Shown here: piece by piece, positions 27,047 through 40,046 of the stretch | Numbering within the stretch: position 1 is the stretch's first letter | Layout: each line of letters starts with the position of its first letter | Source of the DNA: the human T2T-CHM13v2.0 reference genome, Homo sapiens | Assembly (NCBI RefSeq): GCF_009914755.1 | Contig: NC_060936.1 | DNA: 64,000 nt | Direction: 5' to 3' (one strand) | Position numbers and translations under genes: made by a program | The notes under the pieces: generated by a model | What the model saw: the letters and a program-made list of their open reading frames with translations, nothing else | Told to the model about the DNA's origin: nothing | Database searches by the model: none

Positions 27047-28399
27047 TCATTCTTTAGCACTTTCATTTTTTCACTTTCCTGAGCTCCTCTCTTGAGCCCC
27101 ACCACCTGCCATGTGTCTCACCATCTCATTGTAATACCTTCTTCTTATAGTCACTTACATGAGACTTTCAATCACTTCTAATAAACTTCTCTCCTTCATT
27201 TTCTATATCCAGCTGCCAATCTCTCAGGCCTGTCAATACATCATGGAAGTACCGTATTATTTAAATTTGGCCTCATTCCACAAAAATATTTGAGTGGCAT
27301 ATAGAAAGCACATATAATAAAAAAGTTCACTGTAGACTTAAAAATCAGAACTACAGAAAATACGTTAGAATGCAAACACAATATCAGGAAGGAATAAAAC
27401 ACAGATATGTAGACTATAAAATCATATACAGTGGTTCTACTTTAGTAAAAATTTGGTTTTGAACAATCAGAGAGAGCAAATAAAATGTAAGACATAGATT
27501 CCATTGTTGTTAATGTTCAAAATATGAACATTGCTTTTGTAAGATGATGGGGTGTTGAGGAGGCTCAATAAGTAGTAATCCTCTTTCCCACCCAGGGTTT
27601 ATTGTAACTGAAAAATAAGAAGAAAGGAGTAAAGGAATAAGCCAATGAAACTAAAACAAGATAATCCCTGAAAAAGGTGATGTTAGAATGTGACTTATGT
27701 ATGCACACAGGTGGGCGTAAACACTGAACGCAGAATTAGACAAACTTTCTCAGTCTTCCCTGCCCAGGGGCTTCCAATGGAAGCAGGGCCTGATCCTTTA
27801 TCACTAAGCTCCCAGAATGGCAGAGGGCAGTTGGGTGCATACTCTGTTTGTGGGGAGAATCACTTCCAAAAAGAAGAGGAGAGGCAGGAAATGAGCTATC
27901 CTTGCCCAGTCCTTCTTCCAGAATCACCAGTCTGATTAACTCACTCACTGAGAAGCAAAGAGATATGAGGAATGATGTACTGCAAGACTTTCTCCATATC
28001 CAATCAAAAACATGGGAGAGAAGCTCCTTGTCCCCAACATAGAGGCCCCGAGAGATGTAGCAGAAGAGGCATTTGACAGCATCCCCATAGTGAATGCAGT
28101 AACAAGTTGTCAAAGACTGATTCGTGCAGATTTCTTATAAGCTGTGATTGTAACACAACAACGCAACCCGATGAAAGTGATTCTGACAGAGCCTCAACAA
28201 TAAAAGTAGAAAATGGGCATTTCCAAACAGAAAGCTTCATCATGCCACACTCTGATAAGTATAACGTTCACTTGGCTTGTTTGTTCTTCCTGTAATAACA
28301 AGAATAGACCCCTCAGCTTAGAATGAATGTGTTTCAACCAATTCATCCCACTATCAGAGACCCTCTTTGTAAGGCTGTATCATGGCTCCATGAACACAA

Positions 28400-28760
28400 C
28401 ATACTCGTGTGCCATTGATTATATTTTTTCTAATTGGAATGCCCTTTTCTAAGCTTTCCAATCTTAACCAGCTTTCAAAGCAATTCTAAGATTGCCTTCT
28501 TCATGAAGCCTTCCTTGGTTACTAAAGACCACGTTGACTTGTCTTATTACTTTTTTGAGAACTTAGTCTATATCAAAAATCTGGCTTATATAATTGTGTT
28601 GGTGTTGCTCATTCTTGTTTTACATGTATTATGTCTACTTAGCCAGGCTTTAAAAGGTAAAATATTTTGAACTTGAACTCTTCTATATTAGCTACATCTA
28701 CCCCAGGACTGAGTATATGGTAGGTGATTAATAAATACTTCTCAAATGACAAATCAATCA
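28400..28760 (+). mobile_element. L2 3' end
   Basis: GCCTTCTTCATGAAGCCTTCC..ATATGGTAGGTGATTAATAAATACTT. Confidence 0.6.
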
Positions 28761-28774
28761 GTCAAATTGCACAC

Positions 28775-28828
28775 ACTTCAGAAAAGAGATACAAAATAGG
28801 TACTTCAGAAAAGAGATACAAAATAGGT
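28775..28828 (+). repeat. Perfect 27-bp tandem duplication
   Basis: ACTTCAGAAAAGAGATACAAAATAGGT twice, identical. Confidence 0.97.
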
Positions 28829-30381
28829 TTTAGAAGTCAAATGCTCCAAGGTCCAAATTAGGTATACTATCTTTCAAAATACTCAATTGAGGCTACAAGA
28901 AAATTGAGCCTTTTAAAGTAGGTTTACATACTTAATATTTCACCATATATTAACATGTTGTTCCTATTCCCTCATATAAAATGATACGTATGCCTGAAGA
29001 ACTGAGAGATTACTTGTAACAAAATGACTGCAGCAAAGTTTTTAAGTATGTGAGTTTCCGTGTTAGATTTGTATTTGAATCCCAACTCTTCCTAGTTGGG
29101 TAATCTTTCTTTTAATTTTGAAATATTTAACTTCCCAGTAAATCTGAAATAAATACACAATTAGCCCAGTAGCTTGCCACTGATATTATGTAGAGACATA
29201 GATACAGATATGCACACACACACTGCCCTTTAGGCAAACCATCTGAAAATAGGCTTTAGAGTTCATGACACTTAACATAACCATATCATCTTGAGTAAGT
29301 TAATTCAGCCTCTCTAAGTCTTCGTTTTCTCATATGTAAAAAAATGCATTCTTAATAGACTTACTGTGAAGGTTACATTTTTTAAAAATACTTCACATGA
29401 AGGTGTTATTCTTATTATTATTCTCATAAAATCTGTACTTTTCCTGTTATAGTGCAGTACTTATCACACTTGTAATTGTTCATTACATTGCCTTAAGCTA
29501 CACTAAGGTTGTTGACTGGTGGCAATTTACTCACCATCTTACCTACAGCAAAAAGCATGCAGTCTGTCTAAGAGCCACAATTTAAAAGACAACACTTTAA
29601 TTCCTACCTATAAGGGTCATTGTGATTTTCTTGTCGAATGCTTGAACACTAAGCATTTTAAGGATTAACAGGTAATTTGTGATTATTACAGAAAATGTTT
29701 CCAACAGCCAAAAATGAAGAAAGTAAAGCTCATACATCATCCTACCACCCACAAATTACCACTCATGGTTAATATTTTTGCATATCCTTTCAAACTTTAT
29801 TAATACACAGGCTTTATAAGCATATCTACATGTATGCTTATTAACTGGGTCTTATCTTGTCCAAAGCACAAATACAAGTCACATAGCCCTTTCTTTGCCC
29901 CTCATGTGTCATAAAACCTGCAGCTTAATTGCTTCTCTATGATTTGCAGACTATAAGAAAACTACAGGCAGAGGATGCGTGTCCTATTTGCCTGGGAGTC
30001 CCTTGGGACATAGCACATGGTACTTACACAACTGACATTGTCTAGTGAAAATTAGATCCATTAAAAAAATTTTTAAAGAACACTTACAGAATGATGATTA
30101 GCATTTTGGAAAGACAACTTCTTGCAAATTGTACCATAATCCTTCCCATGAATTAAGACCTTGATACATTTTGAGAACTGTGTTTTGGGAGAAAGAAAAA
30201 GTGCAAACTTTGGACCCCTAGATTATGAGCTCTCCCTTTTTATACCAAAGCACCATTTTGTTGGGATTTTTATGTACTTAAAAATAAAAGACAGGCCTCT
30301 CAGAACATGATCTTGTGCCACCCTGAAGCATAGCACAGAATTAACGAGTATAACAGAAAAGTTATTTCAGCCAAAAGAAGA

Positions 30382-30497
30382 TTTTTTAAATAGAGATGGG
30401 GTCTCACTGTGTTACCCAGACTGGTCTCGAACTTCTGGCCTCAAGCGACCCTCCCACCTCAGCCTCCGAAAGTGCTATGAGGCACCACGCCCAGTCC
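30382..30497 (-). mobile_element. FLAM-type Alu monomer with a small internal deletion
   Basis: AGAGATGGGGTCTCACTGTGTTACCCAGACTGGTCTCGAAC..AAAGTGCT[GGGATTACAGGC absent]ATGAGGCACCACGCCCAG. Confidence 0.85.
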
Positions 30498-31251
30498 AAA
30501 GTATGATTTTTTGTATTTACAGCTTGTGGAGATGAGTATTCTATAGGGAATGGTGATATTGTAAACTTTCAAATGTAAAATATTTTAGTAGTTTTACTGA
30601 AGTTTTCAATCTGCCATTTAATATGAACTGATTTGATTCCTGGGAAAAAGTTCACTACCTGTTTATGCAGCCCCATAAACCCTGGATCCCTCTGAGGATG
30701 CTGCCCCTACCCCAGGTGGGCCTCATAGCTGATCCACATTGTTGAACTTTCCCAGTTAGTTGGGTAGCCTGATGCCTTGGAAAGATACCTGTTTTTATTT
30801 CTCCATTTTACAGAAATAGCCCAAGCCTTCTTATGATCCTGTTTCATCCAGTAATCTTCCTATTTCCACATGTTCTTTTTTTCTTCTTACTGTTATCTAC
30901 ATCATTTTATCTAATATGTACTCATCCTCGTGTTAGGTAGTTTGTGAGGTACCTGGCAACCAATTCTTTCTATGTCTTCTTTTTGATCCTGTGTACCTAT
31001 CTCTTTTCAGATAAATGAAAAACTTAGTATATACAAAAGAATATATATACATGTTATGAAGTAAAATAATAAGCAAATATTAAGTATCTTTTTATTTGGA
31101 AAAATCTGATTTTGTTCCAGATTTAGCAGGTAGTATTATAATTAACAGTTAGTAAAATGGTGAGTTCAAGAGAGAGAGATGTCATTTATCTAAAATGTAC
31201 TCACTCAAAAAACTACTCACAGTAAGGTATAGCATGCTCAGCTTGCTTGTA

Positions 31252-31253
<2 letters not shown>

Positions 31254-31287
<34 letters not shown>
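31254..31287 (+). repeat. (GT)17 microsatellite
   Basis: Pure GT run. Confidence 0.97.
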
Positions 31288-31288
<1 letters not shown>

Positions 31289-31294
31289 ATATAA

Positions 31295-32200
31295 CAGATT
31301 TCTGCTTCCAACAATATGCCTGGTTAGGAGGTTCAAGGGGACATCCCTCCACAGAACAACTAAAGTTTGGAAGCAACACACTATTTGAAATATTGCTAGT
31401 CACATAGAAGTAGGAGCATTTTCCAAAAACGTACTCTCTTTAAAGAAAGTCACTTGGGCCAGAAGAGACAGCAGACATTCAGGACGAGCAGAATTCATGG
31501 AGGGAAGCAGTGCTGTCTGGAAACTGAGCCATTAGCCAGCCTTGGACCAATATGAGTCGCAGAACAACAGCCTGGTTCTGACATATAGAGTTTAGGTAGT
31601 CCCACGTTGATGGTGCTAACCACAGGAAAAAAAAAAAAAAAGGAAATCTACATAACGACTGCTCAAGTGTTCGGTTTAGGCACAAAGAACAGCTATCGAT
31701 GAAGAGTAAGCAGGAAACTCACAATATATGTTGGCCAAACATACTTGAAAACAAGCCACTGTTGACTGAGGAAAGGAGAGGAAACAACAGATCCAGGGGC
31801 TGTAGATAATGTAATTGCAGCTATAGAATACAGAATGACTACCTACAAAACAATGAAAATAAATGATAAAATCAGATCACCCATCAAAAAGAAATTATTT
31901 AAAATGAAAGTTATATTTGAAATAAAACTCATACAAAGGAAACATCAAATGTTGAAATTAAAATCTCAATCAATGGGCTAAACTGAAAATAAAGCACAGT
32001 TGAAGAGAAGATTGATGAAACAGTACACACAGGCGCACACACAAGTGACCCAGAATAGAGCAGAGAGGACAGAGAGATGCAAAATATGGAGCTGTTAAGA
32101 CGTATGGGAACTCGAATAATGAGGGCCAAGATGATTCTAATTAAAATTCCGGGAGAAAGAGATAGAAAACAAATAACAATACTGTGCCTGATCTAGAAAA
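31295..32200 (+). mobile_element. Old L1M 5'UTR/ORF1 fragment
   Basis: TTCTGCTTCCAACAATATG 5'-end-like start; ORF1 coiled-coil-like GAAATTAAAATCTCAATCAATGGGCTAAAC..GTTGAAGAGAAGATTGATGAA..CCCAGAAT. Confidence 0.55.
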
Positions 32201-32239
32201 TAATCTAGTGAAATTAATTATAGGAATAAAATCCTTTGA

Positions 32240-32570
<331 letters not shown>

Positions 32571-32718
32571 AATAAAAGCCTTTGAAATTTTGTCAATTAA
32601 GATACATAGTCACATGCTTTAAAGCTTTAAACATGCAATACTTCAGCTGAGGAGCATTTTACATTTTTTCAGAGATCATTCTCTGTGACTTGCAAAGTCC
32701 TAAAAATTACCTAATGGA

Positions 32719-32988
32719 GGCCGGGCACAGTGGCTCACGCCTGTAATCCCAGCACTTTGGGAGGCCAAGGCGGGCGGATCACATGGTGAAACTCAATGTC
32801 TACTAAAAATACAAAAATTAGCCAGGCGTGGTAGCATATGCCTGTAATCCCAGCTAGCTGGGAGGTTGAGGTAGGAAACGCTTGAACCTGGTAAACGGAG
32901 GTTGCAGTGAGCCGGGATTGCGCCACTGCACTCCAGCCTAGGGGACAGAGGGAGACTCCGTCTTAAAAAAGAAAGAAAGAAAGAAAGA
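32719..32988 (+). mobile_element. AluS with internal deletion removing the B box
   Basis: GGCGGATCAC joined directly to ATGGTGAAAC; TSD AAAATTAC(C/T)TAAT(G/A)GA; (GAAA)n tail. Confidence 0.92.
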
Positions 32989-33419
32989 AAATTACTTAAT
33001 AGAATTCTAATATTTTTAGATTAAATAGGATTGGCAATCCCAAGAGTTGTTTTGGGTTTTCCTCCAAAATTTACTGTACAGATAGGTGATGGATTTAAAG
33101 GTCTCATAGTCAAAACCTTCAATGGGCACCTATCAATAGGTGGAGAAGAAGGAAGGGTGGTTATAGATAGAAAAGACAAAGGGAAGTGTAAATGCCATCA
33201 AAGCCGCTTTAGCATTTTATGCAGCAGTTCCAGAAAGAAATCTGGTGAAACTTTGTCTTCTACTAAAATTTTAAATGGCCTTGGAGCATTTAACAAATCT
33301 TTAAATTAAAATCTAACAACAGAAAAATTCTGCATATTTTTGTAGATTTAAAACAGCCCACATTTTTGTTACTCTTCACTAATCCTGTGAATGTACAGAT
33401 CATATATTAGATTTATATT

Positions 33420-33570
33420 TAATATGCACAGGTATCATGTTTCATAACTCATCTCAATTAATCTTCCCCACCACCCAGTGATGTAGATGCTATTACTTCC
33501 CAGTTATTTTTAAAAATGAGGCTAAAGCTGAATGAGGTTAAGTATCTTTCCCGAAATTGCAAAGTTAGCA
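33420..33570 (-). mobile_element. MIR fragment
   Basis: CATCTCAATTAATCTTCCCACCACCCAGTGATGTAGATGCTATTAC..TGAGGTTAAGTATCTTTCCC. Confidence 0.6.
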
Positions 33571-35240
33571 AAAAGAACATTTGTTAACATTTTAGGTTGT
33601 GTGATTTTTTTTTTAATGGTTATTGTGAAAATACTGTTCTTACGTGAACATTCAAAGCCAATCATTAGATGAAGTCACTTGGTGAAATCAGATGAAGATT
33701 TCTAGTTTCTAGATAACTTCCTCCCCATAAAGCTTTTCCTGAAGCTCCTGAAGTATTCAAATTAGCTTCCCTGCATTTTGCCACCTACGTGTTCCTCAAA
33801 TCTCACTCTGATGAGGCTGTAATGAAATGAAAGAATGGAAAAGTGAGGCAGAAGCCAGGAGGAAGGGCAGCTCTGGGATTCTCTCAAAATAACAGTCATC
33901 AATAACCGAACTGCCTCTCATTAGCAGATAGGATATCAATCCTTATTGACTTTGCCTTTGTAGAAAATTCTGACGTGAGATTAGGGCTCTATTGATGTGG
34001 AAGCAAATAAAATATGACTCTAAGACTCTCGGGCCAGTGACAGATACCTTGCATGTGGTCCGGCATGCATCAGGCAATAGATTGCTATCTGAAATTGGGC
34101 AATAAATTGTTTCAAAAGAGATGAGTTTACTTTGAATTGTCAGGCACCTCACTAGCCAAAATAGCTGGTTTCAATAAGTGGAATTTGATGCAGGATCATC
34201 TCCATTCATTTTCATCTATGTTTCAAAGGTTACAGTCCCACTAAATAATATATCTCACAGCAAACACCAATGTTAATGTGATCGTTTCCTTCTGGGGTGA
34301 CCTGATCCAAGTACCAGACAAAAAAACACCCATTGGGCACTAAAAGTAAATCCAGCATGAGGCAGAGTTCTTCCCTTTCATCTTCCACATTGGAATATTA
34401 TTACAATTTTAATGATCTGCCTAGAATTTTTCATACACTCAGCTTCTTTTGAAGGAAGGACAGGAAACCTATTGAAACACACCAATCTCCTTGAAATGTC
34501 TATAGCTACAGAGCAGTGGGAATATATGCTTTGCTGTAAAGAAAGGAGAAAGAGTAAAGCAATCATAAATGTATCACTTTGATCTGTTATAGTATACTGC
34601 TTTTCCTTCAGAGAGAACAGGTATTTGTGTTCTAATATTATATTTTCAGTCACTACATTATTCTTTTAAGGTATTGAGAGTATCAAGAATTCCCCCCCAA
34701 AAAATTTCTGAGTATTATTTAATCTTTAGAACTTCGTGTGCAATCCAAAGCAATCATCTGATTTCCTTATAACTGGCCAAGCTGCTGTCACTTCTTCCTA
34801 AAGGGAAATTAAACGATTTTTTTAATGATTGAAACATCATTTACAAAGTTTGGAAGTCTTACTTATTTAAAATACAGGTTTTGGCAAAAAGCAGTTGGAA
34901 GTGCTAGGAGTTAAGGCAGGGATAATAGAGAAGGAACTAACCTTTGAGCAGTTACTATATACAAGGTGTCATGTTGGGTGCCTTCAAATGTTATCACATT
35001 GGAACTTCCCAGTAAGCCCTAACTCTCAGCTGTGTGGAAAGAAAATGTCCCAAACATCAACATCAAATAAGATTACTTGTCTGACAATCCATCAATTACC
35101 AAATTCATGTCACATTTTACTTTGCTCAACATTGGGATTATGATTTTTTTTAAGAGTCACTTTTCCCAGAGCTTCTTATTGTCCTCTTTCCAGTGATTAG
35201 TAAAACAAATCATTATCTTATCAATAAGATCACACAATTT

Positions 35241-35988
35241 TTTTTTTTTTACTTTTTTATGTTATTTTACTTTAAATTCTGGGATACATGAGCTGAACAT
35301 GAAGGTTTGTTACATAGGTATACATGTGCCATGGTGATTTGCCGCACCCATCAACCCGTCATCTAGGTTTTAAGCCCCACATGCATTAGATATTTATCCT
35401 AATTCTCTCCCTCCCCTTGTCCCCCATGCCCTAATAGGCCCCAGTGTGTGATATTCCCCTCCCTGTGTCCATGTGTTCTCATTGTTCAGCTCCCACTTAT
35501 GAGTGAGAACATGTGGTGTTTGGTTTTCTGTTCCTGTGTTAGTTTGCTGAAAATGATGGTTTCCAGCTTTATCCATGTCCCTGCAAAGGACATGAACTCA
35601 TTCTTTTTTATGGCTACATAGTATTCCATGGTGTATATGTGCCACATTTTCTTTATCCAATCTATCACTGGTAGGCACTTGGCTTGGTTCCAAGTCTTTA
35701 TTATTGTAAATAGTGCTGCAGTAAACATACGTGTGCATGTGTCTTTATAGTAGAATGATTTATAATCCTTTGGGTATATACCCAGTAATGGGATTGCTGG
35801 GTCAAATGGTATTTCTGGTTCTAGCTCCTTGAGGAATCACTACACTGTCTTCCACAATGGTTGAACTAATTTACACTCTAACCAACAGTGTAAAAGCATT
35901 CCTGTTTCTCCACATCCTCTCCAGCATCTGTTGTTTCCTGACTTTTTAATGATCGCCATTCTAACTGGCGTGAGATGGTATCTCATTG
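35241..35988 (-). mobile_element. 5'-truncated L1PA8-like element
   Basis: Antisense 3'UTR with TCTAGGTTTTAAGCCCCACATGCATTAG; ORF2 end (WIKKMWHIYTMEYY..KHHMFSLISGS); exact 15-bp TSD AAGATCACACAATTT (35226-35240, 35989-36003). Confidence 0.95.
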
Positions 35989-36014
35989 AAGATCACACAA
36001 TTTCTTCACAACAA

Positions 36015-36321
<307 letters not shown>

Positions 36322-36359
36322 TGACAATGAAATTCTGTAATACAATTTACTTTTTTTTT

Positions 36360-37070
36360 TAAAGACATTCTTTCTGGAATGTTGGGCTTCATGCTATAAT
36401 TTGGATCATCCTAGGACTTTATCATATTACTAGACAAGTTTTAATATTTCTTGGATTCCATACCCTTCTTTTCTCATAGATTTATTTTTATTTCTTTAGA
36501 TATATTCTCAAATAAATTTTTCATAAAGGATAAATGGGAGACAATTTTTTGTTTCTAGAAATGTTTTCTTGGACTGGAATAGAATTTTAGGATCAAATAT
36601 TTCCCTTTATAACTTAAAGTAATTAAACTATTATTTTTTGTATCAAGTGATGTTGATTGGAAGTCTAAAACCAATATTATTTATTTTCCTTTATAGGTAA
36701 GAAGTTTTTCCTTTGAATAACTTTTTCTTCTTTGTATTCATCATCTTCTGAAATTCATCAGTGATATAGTTGGTGTAAGATGTTAAAAAATGTTATTCAA
36801 CATGGCACTTCATAGTCCCTTTCAATCTTATCATTTATATATTTTGTCCATTCTGAGAAAAAATATTATTTTATCTTTTAGTCTCCTTTTTTCTCAATTT
36901 GCCCTTTTCGGTACTCCTTTTAAGATGTGTGCAGAAGCTCGTGGGTGGAGTCTCCATTTGTCTTAATTCATCTTTATTTCATCAATCTTATCTGTACTTA
37001 CCAGGAACTTCTGCTTGTTCTCCGATAGCTCCCTTTCCATGGTGTCCTATTCTTAGTTTCGGTGCCTTCT
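36360..37070 (-). mobile_element. Degraded L1ME/HAL1 ORF1-region fragment
   Basis: T-rich antisense remnants (GGAATAGAATTTTAGGATCAAAT, GATGTTGATTGGAAGTCTAA, CTGAAATTCATCAGTGAT, GTCCCTTTCAATCT). Confidence 0.5.
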
Positions 37071-38309
37071 TCACTTTTTTGGGAAAGTAAGCAGATTAAA
37101 GTGGATTGAGAAGGATGCCGATAGAAAGAAGATTGAGGCTATCAATTTGGATCTTTTATTTTTGCAGTTTTTCTGTGAACAATGGTAGAAAAATAAAATG
37201 GTAGCTAGAATTTGTAACCAAGTTAATGTGTTTTGTTTTGATTTTTTCACCCATAACAGGAAAGATTTGTGCATTTTTGAAAGCCAGTAGAAGGAATTAA
37301 GAGTCCTTAGAGTACGTGGATTCTGTCCCTCACCACACACACGTATACCCAGGGCTAGTATTTGGCCATTGCACAGGAGTACAGTCGAAACAATGATAAA
37401 ATATCAAGTTACTTCCTTAATCATTGGAAAAGGCCATTGTCATAACTCCGCTGAGGGCTACACAACATGCCGGCTTCCCCGAAGCTGCCCCAGCATCTTC
37501 CCTGAGAACATCATAACGTTTCCTCAATTTAGAAGCTAAACGGTTATTCCTGGAACATCAGAGGGACTCCAGGGCTCTGTTCTCATGCTAAAGGAGGACT
37601 CCTTTTTGACGATTGAGTACCTATGCACATCAACTTCCCAAATTTCCACCTCCTGCACATAGATTCCCTTCAAGAACCATAGAAGTCTGGCTCAAGGAGT
37701 TTGGGATTGGCCCCACCAGGAGGCCACGCTCACACTGACCAGCATGCTGACCTGCCACCCACACCCATCATGGCTTTTACATGCTGCTTCCATCCTACAT
37801 ATGCCCAGCCAGAGCAGGCCTGTCCCCACTATGTGGGGAAGGGAGGCATCCCAAGTAGCAATCCTGGTAGCCTTCAAGGAAATGCCAAGTGCTTACTTGG
37901 CCCTCCCAAAGATATGACCAACTCCCACCAGCCAGGTATCACCCTTGGAAGATTGCAGTGGGACCCATATCTCTGTAGGACTTTCACTCTGAGAGCTCAG
38001 AGGAAATGAGGGAAGAGCAAATATACGGGTAATGTAGCTGCTGTACAAAGTGGCTGGGTGCTTGAGCTCTGGTGGCCTGGCTTCCAGAAGAAAAAATGGA
38101 AGGGGCCTGAGGGCAATCTGGGGTTTTAAAAAAAATAGCTGAGATGTATGTGGGCCCCTCTGTCCACCATCTCCATTGAATTTCACCTCCAGTTAGTGGT
38201 ATGAGTTCATTGAAATTGATCAAATGCCCACTAGTCACAAGGTTTGAAGGATTTTTTTTTTTCAGTACAAATGACAGCATGTCTGAAGCACATAACAAAA
38301 ATTTGAAAA

Positions 38310-38620
38310 GAAAAAGGCCAGATATACACATACTATATTTCAGTAACATAAAATTCTAAAACAGAAATAAATTATGGTGAGAAATTATATGGAAATGAGT
38401 GGCAAAACTATAAAGAAATACAAGTAAGAGATTATTACAAAGTCCAGAGAGTGGTTGCCTCTATGTGGGGAGAGGTATCAAGTGGTTTCTAATCATGTTC
38501 TATTTTTTGACCTAGGTAGTGGTTTCCTGGATATTTACTACATAATAGTTATTAAATTATACCCATATGTTTATGCATTTTTGTATGTACAATACATTAA
38601 ACAATTTTTAAAAAGAAAAA
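38310..38620 (+). mobile_element. L1ME-type 3'UTR fragment
   Basis: ATAAAATTCTAAAACAG..GTGGTTGCCTCT..ATGTTCTATTTTTTGACCTAGGTAGTGGTT. Confidence 0.6.
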
Positions 38621-38759
38621 ATCAATGGTATTGGTTAGAAAAGTATTTTTGGTATAGAATAATATATAAAACATCTTGAGGTTTCCACCTTCTATCTATT
38701 GAAGAACAGCCATTGAAAGAAACAACCATGGCAGTGAGCTGCCCTGTGGCTGTGTGCTA

Positions 38760-38998
38760 TCCATGGCACAGATACAATAGACATAACCTCAAGCATATAG
38801 ATAACACTAGAATGTAGTAAAACCATTAAGAAGTGATAAGCCTTGAGTATTTATTACCTGTTTTTTTAAAATAAGTTGTTTAATTACAAGTTCATATAAT
38901 TTAATGTTTAATTATGTCAATGTTTTACAACCAGTTCACAAAACTCCTGAAAAGTGAACAAGTGACTGGTAAGCCAGTGCAAGCCAGCTTCAGCACCC
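38760..38998 (-). mobile_element. MER63 (hAT-Blackjack) fragment
   Basis: Reverse complement of the recalled MER63 5' end: CAGATACAATAGAC..AACCTCAAG..GAAGTGAT..TTGAGTATTTATTACC..CAAAACTCCTGAAAA..GCCAGTGCAAGCCAGCTTCAGCAC. Confidence 0.75.
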
Positions 38999-39273
38999 TC
39001 TAGCTATGGCCCTCAACGAGGGCCTTAATTAGGGTGAGACGAATATAAGCAAACCACAATCTGGTCTGGAACACCAAGTACATATGGGGCACAAGTGACT
39101 TATGCATTTAGCAATTGCATAGCACTTAAAAAGATACCAGATGCTGGTCTAAGCACTATACAAATGTTCACTCCAATGTACATGGCTTTGCCTGAACCAG
39201 ATGCATGCAATGGAACTAACTACTCAAGGTCATTAAAGGTGGATGGTGTCTCAAGTTTAACAAGAAATGGGTC

Positions 39274-39407
39274 AGCCAGGCACAGTAGCTCATGTCTGTA
39301 ATTCAATGCTCTGGGAGGCCGAGATGGGAGGATCACCTGAGGCCAGCCTGGGGAACAGAGTAAAACCTTGTCTTTATATTAAAAAAAAAAAGAAAAAAGA
39401 AAAAAAA
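39274..39407 (+). mobile_element. FLAM/Alu left monomer with A-tail
   Basis: AGCCAGGCACAGTAGCTCATG..GGAGGATCACCTGAGGCCAGCCTGG..AAAACCTTGTCT followed by an A-rich tail. Confidence 0.8.
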
Positions 39408-39429
39408 GTGGATGAAGACTTACATCCCA

Positions 39430-40046
39430 ACACTTATACTGTGCTGGTAGGAATGCAAATTAGTACAACTTCTATGAGAGTCCTTAATGAACTAAAAGTA
39501 GAACTACCATTTGATCCAGCAATCCCACTACTGGGTCTAACCAAAGGAAAAAAAACATTATGTGAAAAAGACACATGCACACTTATGTTTAGAGCAGCAC
39601 AATTTCCAATTGCAAAGAAATGGAACCAACCTAAATGCCCATCAATCAATGAGTGAATAAAGAAATTGTGGTGTATACACAACATGGAATACTACTCGGC
39701 CATAAAAAAGAATGAAATAGTGTCTTTTCCAGCAACTTGGATGGAGCTGGAGGCCATTATTCTAAGTGAAGTAACTCAGGAATGGAAAACCAAATACCAT
39801 ATGTTCTCACTCATAAGTGGGAGCTAAGCTATGAGAACACAAAGATATATAGAGTGGTATAATGGACATTGGAGACTCAGAAGGGAGACGTTGAGAGAGG
39901 GCTAAGGGATAAAAAACTGCAAATTAGGTACAATGTACACTACTTGGGTGACAGGTGCACCAAAATCTCAGAATTCACTACTATAGCATTCATCCAGATA
40001 ACCAAAACCCACTTGTGCCCCAAAAGCTATTGAAATAAAAAAATAA
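39430..40046 (+). mobile_element. 5'-truncated L1PB4-like element
   Basis: ORF2 end (ELPFDPAIPLLG, WNQPKCPSINE); 3'UTR ATGGACATTGGAGACTCAGAAG..CCCAAAAGCTATTGAAATAAAA; TSD AAG(A/T)CTTACATCC. Confidence 0.9.
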
